64,000 nt of DNA from Octopus bimaculoides. Its lineage: Eukaryota. The notes under the pieces are model-generated. The model saw only the letters and a program-made list of their open reading frames with translations, was not told where the DNA came from and made no database searches. The stretch is taken from contig NC_069005.1 in assembly GCF_001194135.2 (NCBI RefSeq), forward strand, positions 1,164,478 to 1,228,477, written 5' to 3'. Numbering within the stretch: the stretch's first letter is position 1; each line of letters opens with the position of its first letter. Positions 11,517 to 23,553 of this stretch are shown in pieces. Both the position numbers and the translations under genes were made by a program.

Positions 11517-14500
11517 AAGACAGGTATGTTAAATTATGTGAAGGCATGCGATAGAAAGGCACATGAAAACGAGAGAAAGAGAATGAATGGAGGCAGACAG
11601 GGTGAAGTCAGTCAAAATTGGCGCCTTTCAATCATGATTACAACCGGACACCAAATACTGTCAGTCGATATATAATATAGTAATGTTTATACATACAAAC
11701 AAACACGTTATGTATACTAGCAGCAAAATCTAGTTTTAAATATGATCCCATGAAGCGATATCCAATCTTCAAATATAATCCCATGAAATTTACTTAACTA
11801 AGTTACTTTAAAAAAAAAAGAAGATTCTGACGATGTTTCAATTGCTCTTAGAATGTCAATTTTACTCAGTAATTGTTATATCGAAGCCAACCAGAAAAAA
11901 AGAAAGACGGTTTATGTTGAGCTCCATAAAAATGTACAAATTGAATATAGAAAGGAAAATAATAAAAATTTACGTTTACACTTTCTATTTTCTACGAAAA
12001 CATACTTTCAGTGTTATTTTTAAATGTCCTAATTTACATAATTTCTCTAACTGCAATCATTTTTCTTGTGTGTGTGACTTTTCCCTCCAATGTCTACGGC
12101 AATGTTTGACAATATACAATACATGCTTTTAGATTTTGTCACAAACTTAAAAGAACAATTACAGGGACAGCTCACATAGCCCCATGACCTTCTCATCGAA
12201 AAGATCCCTGTATGTATATATATATATATATTTATATATATAATCACTAGTATGTGAGTATATGTATAAATGTGCCGGCACTGATTAATAAATCTTTTTG
12301 AGGTTTAAGGCAGCATTATCTTTTTAAGGCGGTTTTTGCTACGGCAATTTACGTTCTGAGTTCAATCCCCGCCAACGTCAGCTTTTGCCTTTCATCCTTT
12401 CGGGCTCGATCAAATAAAATCAAGTGAAGGTTCTTTTATACCCCAAATTTCAAGCCTTATGTTTATTTCAGAAAGCATTTTTTCTTCTTTTCAGCGGAGT
12501 TTTTGTTGTAAGCTAAAATCCCACCGAGGTCAAAAGTAAGTACCAGTTGTAATCGACTGTATCCCTCTCGCTAAAATTATTGACCGTGGGACAAAATTTG
12601 AAACAATTATTAGTTTTTATGTTCCCAATGAACAACAGCTAGGGGTCTCCGAAAGAAATTTAACATAGTGAGAACAAGACTGTTTGGGGACCTCGGTAGG
12701 GGCCCTCAAATATCACAAGGGTTGTGACCCCAACTCTTAGGCAGGACCCCGGACCGATGTACCAGCTGAACATGCTACGTTTGGGCTCAAAACGTGATGA
12801 AGAGAAGATGGAAGAGGAAAAACGTTTATAATATTGCATACATCAAAATAATATTGCTATTAAAACATCCAGACGTCAGTCACCTCTGATGTCATTCACA
12901 TTCGGCTAAATTTAATTTCTATTTTTAATTATTCAAAAAGAATCGAATTGTGTAAACCTGTTGCAGCGTAGAAATATAAATGTTATCGAATTCGAAAATT
13001 TTATAAGCTTCATTAATCGAGGCCGGCATTTAATAATGATGCTGTAAAAATTTTAAATCTCACCTATATAACACCATCATAATACAAATTTATTATTATC
13101 ACAAAGCATCCGAAAGAAACTGGTATATATTTTACAACCAAGCATAAAATAGCCACATCGTTAACAAACCACTTGTCTATTTTATTCATCAGATGAAATG
13201 AAACGGAAAGTAGTTGATATATCTAGTTTAAACATCAAACGTGCAAATAACCTTGAAATATAACAGTTTGACGATATTAAAATAGATAAATCCCAGAAAA
13301 ACAACATAGAGTTGAATAGAGCAAGAACTTGGTTGAAAACAGTTTAGCGACAGATTAAATGGTTTTGCATTTAGCTTCGTGCCTCTGCATCGAATTTAGA
13401 TGCAATTAGAGTAAACTTCTGTCTTTTATCTTCCTCAAGATCGATAAAAAATTAGTATAAAGCGTGTGCTGTGTGTGTGTGTATATATATATGTATATAA
13501 AATTACTGTTAAAAGTTGAAGCGTTCACAAAATACGAGGACCAATATTTTGCAAAATCAATTAATTCCCTTTTCAATGAGAAATTCCTTTCTTTCACTGA
13601 GGTTAATCGAAGATACTAAACGGGTCGAGGGAATTTTATGTTACATCTTCAAGATGAGCCACTTAAACGGTCCCATGGAAATCTGAGAGTTATTTTACCC
13701 GTAACAACAGAACTGAAAGAGAATTTAGTAAAGACTAGGGAAAATTGTCGATAATTCAAAGAAAAAAAAAGTTGAGTGAAAATATTTGAAAAATTTTCTA
13801 AACGCATGTTTTTTTTTGTCTTTTTTTTATAAACTCTTCACCTAGTTATTGATTCTAATTAATTGGTTCTGCTAATTGTAGCACAAAACAACAGATATGT
13901 ATGAGGAATTGTAAGGCTTTAAATGAAATATCCCCTAATCAGACAGAACCTGGACTTCAGAATACAGTGTTTTACAGAGGTTCACCAAAGAATACATAAA
14001 ACGATTGCGATAAACAAGGTAGACATTAATAACATTCCTCGCCCAAAATTGACAAATTTCCACTTTTCACTAGGATTTAAAGTAAAATTAAAGAAAAGAT
14101 AATTCATGCTAGAAAACTTCTCAAAATTCCTTGGAATGGAAGTTTAAAGGTGAAGAATGCCATTTCGTTTGTCACTTATTAATAATATATACACTTAAAG
14201 ACTTAATAAGAATGGTAAAACTCCAGAATAAATTGCTTTCCATTAGTTTCTTTTAACTACGACAGCCAATATAAAACAGAATGGATATAAAAAATCAAAA
14301 AAATCAACAACCCTCTTCTCCCGAAAGGCCCAATCTAGAGATGTTTATAGAACATTGTCAGGAACACGAAATTGCAATATCCTGAAGCCTTTACATTCTG
14401 TATTTGAATCCGGCCAAAATAGAACACCAATAAAGAACTTGTGTCGATTACAAAATTCTTCCTTCGAAATTCTGTGATCTTCGAGCTAAGGTTGGAATTA

Positions 14501-14711
14501 CATTTACTGCCACAGACTGAAAGAAACAGTGGCATCACGCAGAAAATCCTTCGTTGTTATTTAGTTACGCCCCTTTATGTTCCAAGTTCGAATCCTGTGG
14601 AAGTCCATAGAACACACATGAAACCGATCAAGTACCGCAGCTTAATGGCTCAACTTTTGTCACCCAGCAGAAATTATTCTTGCTTGTCTTAATACTATGG
14701 TTTGCAAAAAG

Positions 14712-14751
<40 letters not shown>

Positions 14752-17329
14752 CATACATACACAAATATGGTTACATCTACTTCAATGATCTTTTTAAGAA
14801 TTTGTTTTTTTAGTTGTCTCTTTTCATGTTGTTTTGCAACACTCCAAACACATACACACAAACCCCTCAAGAAACGCGAAGATCTATTAAACTCAAGGAT
14901 CCACTAAGAACCAAAATACACCCAACCCACATAAATAAATATAATTCTCTCGCAGCCAAACGAAATCCTTGCTTGTTTATTTGTGACAAGTGAAAGTGAA
15001 AGCGGCGGCGGGGTGGGGGCACACATCAGCTCAGAAATTGTCTTGATCTTTGTGATCGAGTTTATAGAAACGATAAAACGCCGGACTGAATGATTATTAG
15101 CCATAATGTGAGTTCGAGCCCTTTACAAGCCATGGATAAATAAAAAAAATAATAAAATGAGCGAGAGGAAAGGATGTGGGCGGCGGGGATGTTTGTCAAA
15201 TTAGTTTACAATCTTTAGTTACGTCCCTTTACGTTTTGAGTTCAAATTCCATTAGAGATCGACTTAGTAGTTCTGTATCCCCAGGTAGATTTAGTCGACC
15301 TCTGCATTATGTTGGGAGCTATTAATCTAATCGTTCTGCGTTCTGAGTTCAAATACACAAGAGCCGACTCTTCCTTCATTTCCTTGTTGCCGAAGACTAC
15401 GTCGTTGGATCTAGTTGAGCCACATTTCCTGGTAACAGCGTCTGTACAGTTAGGTTTGAAGCAGGTTTGTTTTATTAGCTGTTTATTGTAATATACAAGC
15501 CCCAGATTTGTCCTAGTGGTGCAGACCTATGATCGAATGTACTCCAGGCGTGACCACCTTGTCTTTTTTGTGTGTGTATGTATATATAACAACATCGTCA
15601 ACAAACAGACACAAGGATATGATCTGAAGGAGATTTGGCAGTTATTTCTAGCAGGTCGACAACTGCAAAGCTCCTTTAAACTTTTTGGTTGAAGGCGTTG
15701 CGAATGAGAGGATCCAATCTTCATGAAAGCGTGAAAGGTGACATTTAAAAACTATGAAAAAAAAAACCAATCCAATTCTAGAATATAAGAACATTTGTGG
15801 AACGTGTCAGCATGTAAATTATATTTCGTTTTCTTCCTCAGCAAGCACCAGTCAAAGTTACCGGAACTAAACAACAGCGTTTAATGACACGTGCTCGCTT
15901 TCAAACCAGAAAGCCGGCTGACAACCGCTTCATTTAAAACATTTATTAAACATATATCATATTAGTCGTTAATAAACTTAACGAAAAATCATTTTAGATA
16001 CTGTTCCACATCGTCAGTCAAGACACGATTCGGAGACTTCTGTTATATTTCTGCTTTTAGCACCAAATCAGTCCCAATGTCGACCAGTCCGAACATCAAA
16101 AGCTTTCCCATCTTTTATTTTATTTATGTTTTAGCTACAATAACCAAGAACATTATTCGACGATTCACTTCTTTTTCTTTAGACGGACAAATGTGATCTG
16201 ATCATTTCTTTCTAGCAAGAGTCCACTGACCGCATAGGAGGTCTCATGTGCTTTGGGCCCAGTGAAATTAGTTTTTTTTTCAATTTCACAGCTAAATATG
16301 AATATAATTGTAAATTAGAGGTTCTAATGTTCTCTGACAACGATGATGAGAACAAAAAATTATAGAATTTATTATATTCTACAACTGGCGAAACATCAAA
16401 TATAACGAGAAATGTCCGTCGGGTTAGGGGAATAAATATGCTTTTCCCATGAAGATCTTAATTCAATAATAATAATCAGGCATATTTAATAATGAAAAAT
16501 AGTTAACTATACGACAACGAAGTTGTCACGTGTCATTTATTTTGGAAATGAAGGTTTTGAGTTTCTGGACACCAAACCTAAACAAACGCAGAGATATAAA
16601 AGAAAATCATTAACAACAGCATTTACCTGGCCAGATTAATAATTTTAATTATAGAGAAGCTTTAATGTTTTCTATTGATGCGTATAGAATGTCATGTGTA
16701 TATCTATGTGAATTATTCATGAATTGCTCGGGTGTTGCTCCGCTCCATCCTTAAGTTTTTGGGCACCAAATACAAACATCAAAATCTTAAAACACGTCGT
16801 GTTTCTTTCATTCAGTAGAAATGGCACGAAGACTGTAAATAAACAATAGCTGTTCGGACAAAGTGATCATGATTGAAATAAATCAACGTCTATCTTGGAT
16901 CGTTTCAAAGTGAACACAGAAAACTTTTACATGTGGAGTATGGGACCCGGCCAAAACCACATGGAGGACATGGCATCAACTCATCTTAACAACCAACTGT
17001 TTGTGGCCTCGGAACTTATGCTATGATTGTTATATACTTATTGTTATTGGAGTACATTTTAAAATGCATTACTTCATTTAATGACAAATTCATTTAAAAA
17101 CAAATAAATGAGCAGGGTTTAGATTAATAATTAATAAACAAAATTTCTTCCGTTAAGGATGGATTTGTTTTTGAAAATAAACATGCTTACAATGGCAAAA
17201 AAAAAGTAAATTTAGTTTAGACATACCGAATAGTAAACAGACAGTTGATAAAAGTTTTCAGTGAATATCTACAATACAATCGATCTGATGTGGCAATACA
17301 TTAAACAAGGACATTTTTGAATTGTTCCT

Positions 17330-18397
17330 CTCTCGCTTTAAGGAAGCAGACATATTGAAAATAACAACTCGTGTTGCACTCACTCCTCCTCCTCCTCCTC
17401 CCACTTCAGCTTTCTCGATTGCTGCTGCTGCGCACTTTCACTTTCCCTCTTCCTAATAATTTTACTCTTTCTTTCATACCCCTCTGGTTTACTCTCTCTC
17501 TCTCTCTACGTCTCTCCCCCTTTCATTAACACACTCCTTCTCTCTTTCCCTCTTTTTCAAAAAGAAAAAAAAAACAAATTACTCCGCGCTATGTGAGAAC
17601 ACCGTTTTGTTGGGGGAGAATCAGCTTCTTCCATCTTGGTTATCTCACTTTGCTTTTTCTTTATTCACTTACACCAAAACACACATAAGCTTTAACACTT
17701 GTTTAAAGACTTGATTTTTTTTTTCAAACAATTTCCAAAAAAACATCTTTATTCAACTTGATAGGAAAGAAAAAAAGCACAATTTTTTTTTTCATAATAC
17801 GCGTTGAAAAAGTAGTCCTGCACAAACCTCGATGTTTTGCATCCGGGTATTTTGTCCGGTCTCCGAACCATGGAAGTGATCGGATGAAGAAGACATGCGG
17901 AGAGAAAGAGAGAGAGAGAGAGAGAGAATATAGTTCTTCTAAGTAGTCGTCGTTTTAAGTGTGACTTACAGCTGCGTTTCGATTTCCAGTCGATTCTTTT
18001 TTGAAATAGCAGTCCAAACAGTCGAGATGTTTGGTCGAAATGACACCAGCGACTTGTTCGAGTCGGGATATTTTGCAACAGGCGCGGAAGAAAGTTATTC
18101 GGCCAGAGACGGCGGAGTGTTTTTATTTCTAGTCGTCGAATGTTAAAAGAAACATTTTTGGGGGTTTAAAAAAAAAAACAACACATTTTTATTTGTTGTT
18201 TTTTTCCTCAGCAGACGATCAGCCAAAAACTACAGAAAATCCACCAAAAACCACACCGAATTTTTTTTTTTTTTTTTTACAAACCATTTTATCCAAAACA
18301 AAGACTTTTTAAAGTGAACACACACACACACAAAAAAAAACGAAAAGTTTTTTTTCCTATATTTTCTCCTGTGCTGTTATTATTATTTACCCTAAAG
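17330..18397 (+). promoter_or_regulatory. Putative promoter and 5' UTR of the PHF21-like gene
   Basis: CpG-retaining, TE-free stretch with (CT)n/(GA)n tracts and GC-rich patches directly upstream of the start codon; the TSS cannot be placed from sequence. Confidence 0.55.
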
Positions 18398-18460
18398 ATG
18401 GCCAAGGAAGATCTGGATAAGATTCAGGCGGAACTGAAGGCGGCCATACAAAACCATCAG
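18398..18460 (+). CDS. PHF21A: PHF21-like coding exon 1 ([21 protein letters not shown])
   Basis: ATG at 18398 in context aaagATGg; 63 nt; donor CAG|gttgta; heptad-like helix matching the PHF21A N-terminus. Confidence 0.88.
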
Positions 18461-19132
18461 GTTGTATACAAACTTCATAAAGCAAACTCTAACTCACTTT
18501 CATTCTACCTTTCTCTCTCTCTCTTTCTTCCTTTCATCCATCTCCCTTCTTTCTTCAAAATCAATTATCCATCATCCTCATCTTCTGATCACAACTTCTA
18601 CTTTCTCATTCCTTCTTCTTCTTCTTGTTCTTCGAGGCCGATCGAACAACAAACTAATATTAACTTATTTCATTTCTTCCATGTCCTCCTCCTCCTCGTC
18701 ATCGTCTTCTTCGTTATTATTGTTGTTGTTGTTTCTCCCTAATTTCTTGTTTTTCCCCCCTAATTTCTTCTCCCTACCTTTCCACCTGGTTCCAACTTCC
18801 AAGATCATTCTTAAAGATCTTTCATCACAGGAATTCCATCGACCAATGTTTCGCTTCGTTCCTTTTTCTTTAAATAAACGGATAAAATCACTTCAGATCT
18901 GCTATTTGTGTTTTTAACAGGAAAAAAGAAAGAAAGAAAAACCTTTGATAATTATGTCGTTGATTTGTCTCTAATTTTAATTTATGTATGTATATATACA
19001 TATATGTATATATATATATATACATGTATATGTATATATTCTACGTGTGTTGTGTATCGCGTTTAACTGTATAACTATATAACACATATACACACATACA
19101 TACACATATGTGTGTGTATGTATATATATATA

Positions 19133-19182
<50 letters not shown>

Positions 19183-19222
19183 GTTAATGCGTTGTGTCGC
19201 ATTAAATGAGTATATCTCTTAC

Positions 19223-19254
<32 letters not shown>

Positions 19255-20978
19255 GTTAGATGTGTGTATAAGTAAATTTGTGTCGCATTAGTGGAATGTG
19301 TATATATGTATGTATATATAGAGAGAAAGAGTTTGTATTAAAAAATATAGTTCTGTATGTGCATTTATATATATCTATATATGTGTGTGTGTATTTATAT
19401 TGTCGCGTGTGTGTGTGTGTGTGTGTTGATGTAGATACATAAAGATGTATGTGTGTGTGTGTGTGTTTAATCAGTAAAGTTATGTGAGCGTGCGCCCGCG
19501 CCAGTTGTGAGGGTGAAGATTGTTGTGTTGTAATATCTTACATCGTGCTACACACTCATACAATATATGTGTATACACACGTATATATATATATATTGTA
19601 ATCTCTGTGTATATATAATTTATATACACACACATTAGTCGTATCAGTTGGTGACTGATCGAAACTAAAGTTACTTGGCTGGTCGTTTATTAACTTACCT
19701 CTAGCTATTATTATTATTACGACTACCACTATTACTACTGCCTTGTAGTTAGTAGTAAAACTTACCCCATATTCGTTTGATTGGGGGGGGGGGGTAAACT
19801 CGGGCTTCACTCTCTCTCTCTCTTTCTACTTCATTGCTGACAAAATAGTTTGTCTTTTATTATATTAGTTAGTGGCAGCTGTAGACATTTTCCAGCATTC
19901 TTTTGCCCCCCCCCCCTCCAATATACGTGTGTGTGAACAGAGTTGGTTGTATTAACTAGTTAGAAATATTGATGAGTGTATTTTTTTAAAGCTCCGAATC
20001 TGCCTTGATCGAATAGAGACCTATCTATCGGCAAAGGTAGTCCAGGCGTGACCATCCTGTCCTATTATTTATATATATTTATTTACCTATTCGAGTAGGA
20101 TTAATTAAAAAATTTTTTTTTTTTCAAGACGGTGGAGTATGGATATGAGACTTGGCTGACGAATTGTGTAGCATGTTGAGCACAAGAGCTCTTTCATTGT
20201 TGTTTGTTTTAGCCCCAGGTCAGCCCTGATGGACGAGGCCTGTGATCAAACACGTTCCAACCGTATTCAGGCATAATGTATCTAGAACTACCTCATCCTA
20301 TCCGTCCTTCCCTAATTTCTAAGACGGCAGTGGATGTTTGGTTGGTGTTTCTAGCAAGTCAGCCACCCACCACGCATTAGAGGCTTCGTTGGCTCGAGTT
20401 CTTTAAATTTACCATGTTGTTTTGTGTTAATAAAGTTCTGTGAATACATTTATGTAGTAGTAGTAGTAGTTAAGTTATTTGTGTTTGTCACTTAAAGATC
20501 TTCGTCTATGTCTACATAATGTAATATCGTGTGAAAGAGTGATTTGTTCTTTAACCCCATGCCAGGTTTGAGCTGATAGAGCTATGATCAAAAGCGTTCC
20601 ACTCATGATCATACCGTCTATTTTTACAGCTCTGAGACTACACTAGCCATCGTATCCGTTATCTAAGACGATAATGTGGTGATTTGAGGCGAATTCAGCT
20701 GCTATTTCTGCCAGGTGGAGCGACCACGAACAGCCTTTCTCGTTTTGGTTTGCTCTTGTAGTAAAGTTATGCTTGTGTGAATCGTTGTTGCAACTGTGTG
20801 GAAATTTTGGTTTGGTTCCGATAAAACATGACGAAAGGTAGTTGCCACTTCAAACAGAATTACAAGTTTAGTCTTAAGCCAATGTTAGGTCGACTTCAAT
20901 TACAAGTCGACATAACTTAGTTTTATATAAATTTATTACATACATCTAGGATATATTTCTATCATATGTATGTATGAA

Positions 20979-21014
<36 letters not shown>

Positions 21015-21405
21015 NNNNNNNNNNNNNNNNNNNNNNNNNNNNNNNNNNNNNNNNNNNNNNNNNNNNNNNNNNNNNNNNNNNNNNNNNNNNNNNNNNNNNN
21101 NNNNNNNNNNNNNNNNNNNNNNNNNNNNNNNNNNNNNNNNNNNNNNNNNNNNNNNNNNNNNNNNNNNNNNNNNNNNNNNNNNNNNNNNNNNNNNNNNNNN
21201 NNNNNNNNNNNNNNNNNNNNNNNNNNNNNNNNNNNNNNNNNNNNNNNNNNNNNNNNNNNNNNNNNNNNNNNNNNNNNNNNNNNNNNNNNNNNNNNNNNNN
21301 NNNNNNNNNNNNNNNNNNNNNNNNNNNNNNNNNNNNNNNNNNNNNNNNNNNNNNNNNNNNNNNNNNNNNNNNNNNNNNNNNNNNNNNNNNNNNNNNNNNN
21401 NNNNN

Positions 21406-21452
<47 letters not shown>

Positions 21453-23510
21453 TATGATGTATATACGGTTATACACACGTGTATGACTTGTATATAGACA
21501 TATGTGATATATACTTATTGATGTGTCGATAAAGTTATGTCTAAACTGTGAAATTGTCTCCGTTCATTATCGATCACTTTGAAGATGTTAATCGATATAT
21601 ATATATTTTTTTTTTATTAAATTTCTTTATTTCCATTGATTCTATATTCGTAGTCTATGACTTAATTGCTGTGTTTATACTGTGACATCTTATATTTATT
21701 TTTGTGTCTATTTCTCCGCCACTTGCTAGATCCTGGTCGGAAAGATGCAGTTCGATCCTCAGGTAAACTTATTTATTCTACGTTCCCATTTATTATTATT
21801 ATTATTATTTGGCTAGTTGGTGGTTCTGATATTCCTAGAAGCCATGTTGATGGTGGTGCGTGTAGTTTGTTAATAATGTGTACGATGTTGGCGGTACCTG
21901 TACTATAATGCAGATGATGACGATAATTGCTATGATGATGGTGATGCTGTTTCGTTTGATATTACTAAACCTGACTTGTGTAATAAAGATGGGTTTTTTT
22001 CCTCCCCATTCTGTTATTGATATTTCGATGTTGCGTTATCATTTGTCATTATGATTGTTGTTGGAATGATGATGATGATGGTAGTGGTGGTGGTGGTTGT
22101 TGTTGTAGTGCCCTAACCTCCCCCCCCCCTACCGTTTCTTTCTCTTTCCGAATGTTTTTAGTGAAGCTATGTCGAAGTGTGTGAAAAATGGTAATAATAT
22201 AATTTATCATCACACATCAGACACACATTTAAAAAACCCTGTAGTTCGGTCCTGATGCTGGCACACACAGAGAAAGAAAGTGTGTGTGTGTGTGAAAGGG
22301 AAGACTTGTAAAATGGAAGTCAGCAACACCCTCTACTATTGAAACTAAATGTGAGATTTTATCGATTTTTGTTAACGAAACTTTTAAGACAGCCATATTT
22401 ACCATACCACGGCTACCACTACGACTACTATACCAACTACTACAAATACTAATATTATTTGGCCACTTCTAGCATTATTGTTATTATTATTATTATTACT
22501 ATTATTGTTAGTAATAATGCTGTTACTGCTACAATTAAAAATCTGTTTCTAGTTTTAGATTTGTATGACTTAAACCTGTGTGTGTGTGTGTTTTATATAG
22601 TTAATAATGAGCTGTATGTGAGTGTGTGCTGACGCTTCTATATATTATTATTATCATTATTATTATACTATCACTAGTAATTAGTAGTGGCAGTAGTAGA
22701 GTTGCTACTATTACGATTTGTGTGTGTGTGTGCTTTAATTAAGCCCTCCCCCTACCTTTGTGCGATTGTCTTATAATGTGTTGTACTTATGCGATGATAG
22801 TATTGAGTTTGACGGTTTGTCTGCAGAGGCGGGGGTGCCTTGATGAAATTAAAAGTACTCGGTAAAAGATCTCTAGGAGTTGTATGAAATATGGAGGAGT
22901 ACACCCTACTGCTTTCTGCCTTCTTGTAGAAAAATAAAATAACAGAATTTAACCGATTCCGTCTCCCTAGACTTAAATATGAAATAATAAAGTTCTTGCG
23001 TCCACTTGATGATGTAGCGAACATTATTTGGGGGTTTTTGTTGTTTTGTATTTTTCTCGAAAAATTTTCGTCTTGTGATTTTTATGTATCCATTTTTATT
23101 TGTGTTTTGCCAAAATGAATGGGAATGAGTTGGGCCGAGCGAAGATCGGTCGATGATGGATTCTTGCTGAGTGAAAAGTCATGTTTGCTCTGTTTCAGAA
23201 TCCCAGCTACAAGAAACAGCTGCACGATCTACAAATAGAGATCACATCACTGGATGACAGGCAGGTAAGTTACTTTGCACGGCCACCATTCCAAGTAGTC
23301 TTTTTTCTTTTTTTTTAAATACCCCCTCCCCTTCTCCGTTCTATACTCACACACATTCTCTCTCTCTTTCACACACACACACACACACACACACTCCCCC
23401 ATTTGTCAATCTCGAATTCTTCAACTATTCTATAGCTATTTCTAACTTAACACGGATGAATACATGCGTATCTGGGTTACATATATATACATACATATAT
23501 ATATATATAC

Positions 23511-23553
<43 letters not shown>

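Noticed and set aside
18314-18917. ORFs reading through the exon 1 donor
   Set aside because: After NHQ the sequence becomes (CT)n/(TCT)n low complexity, while homology continues in the microexon at 21730.
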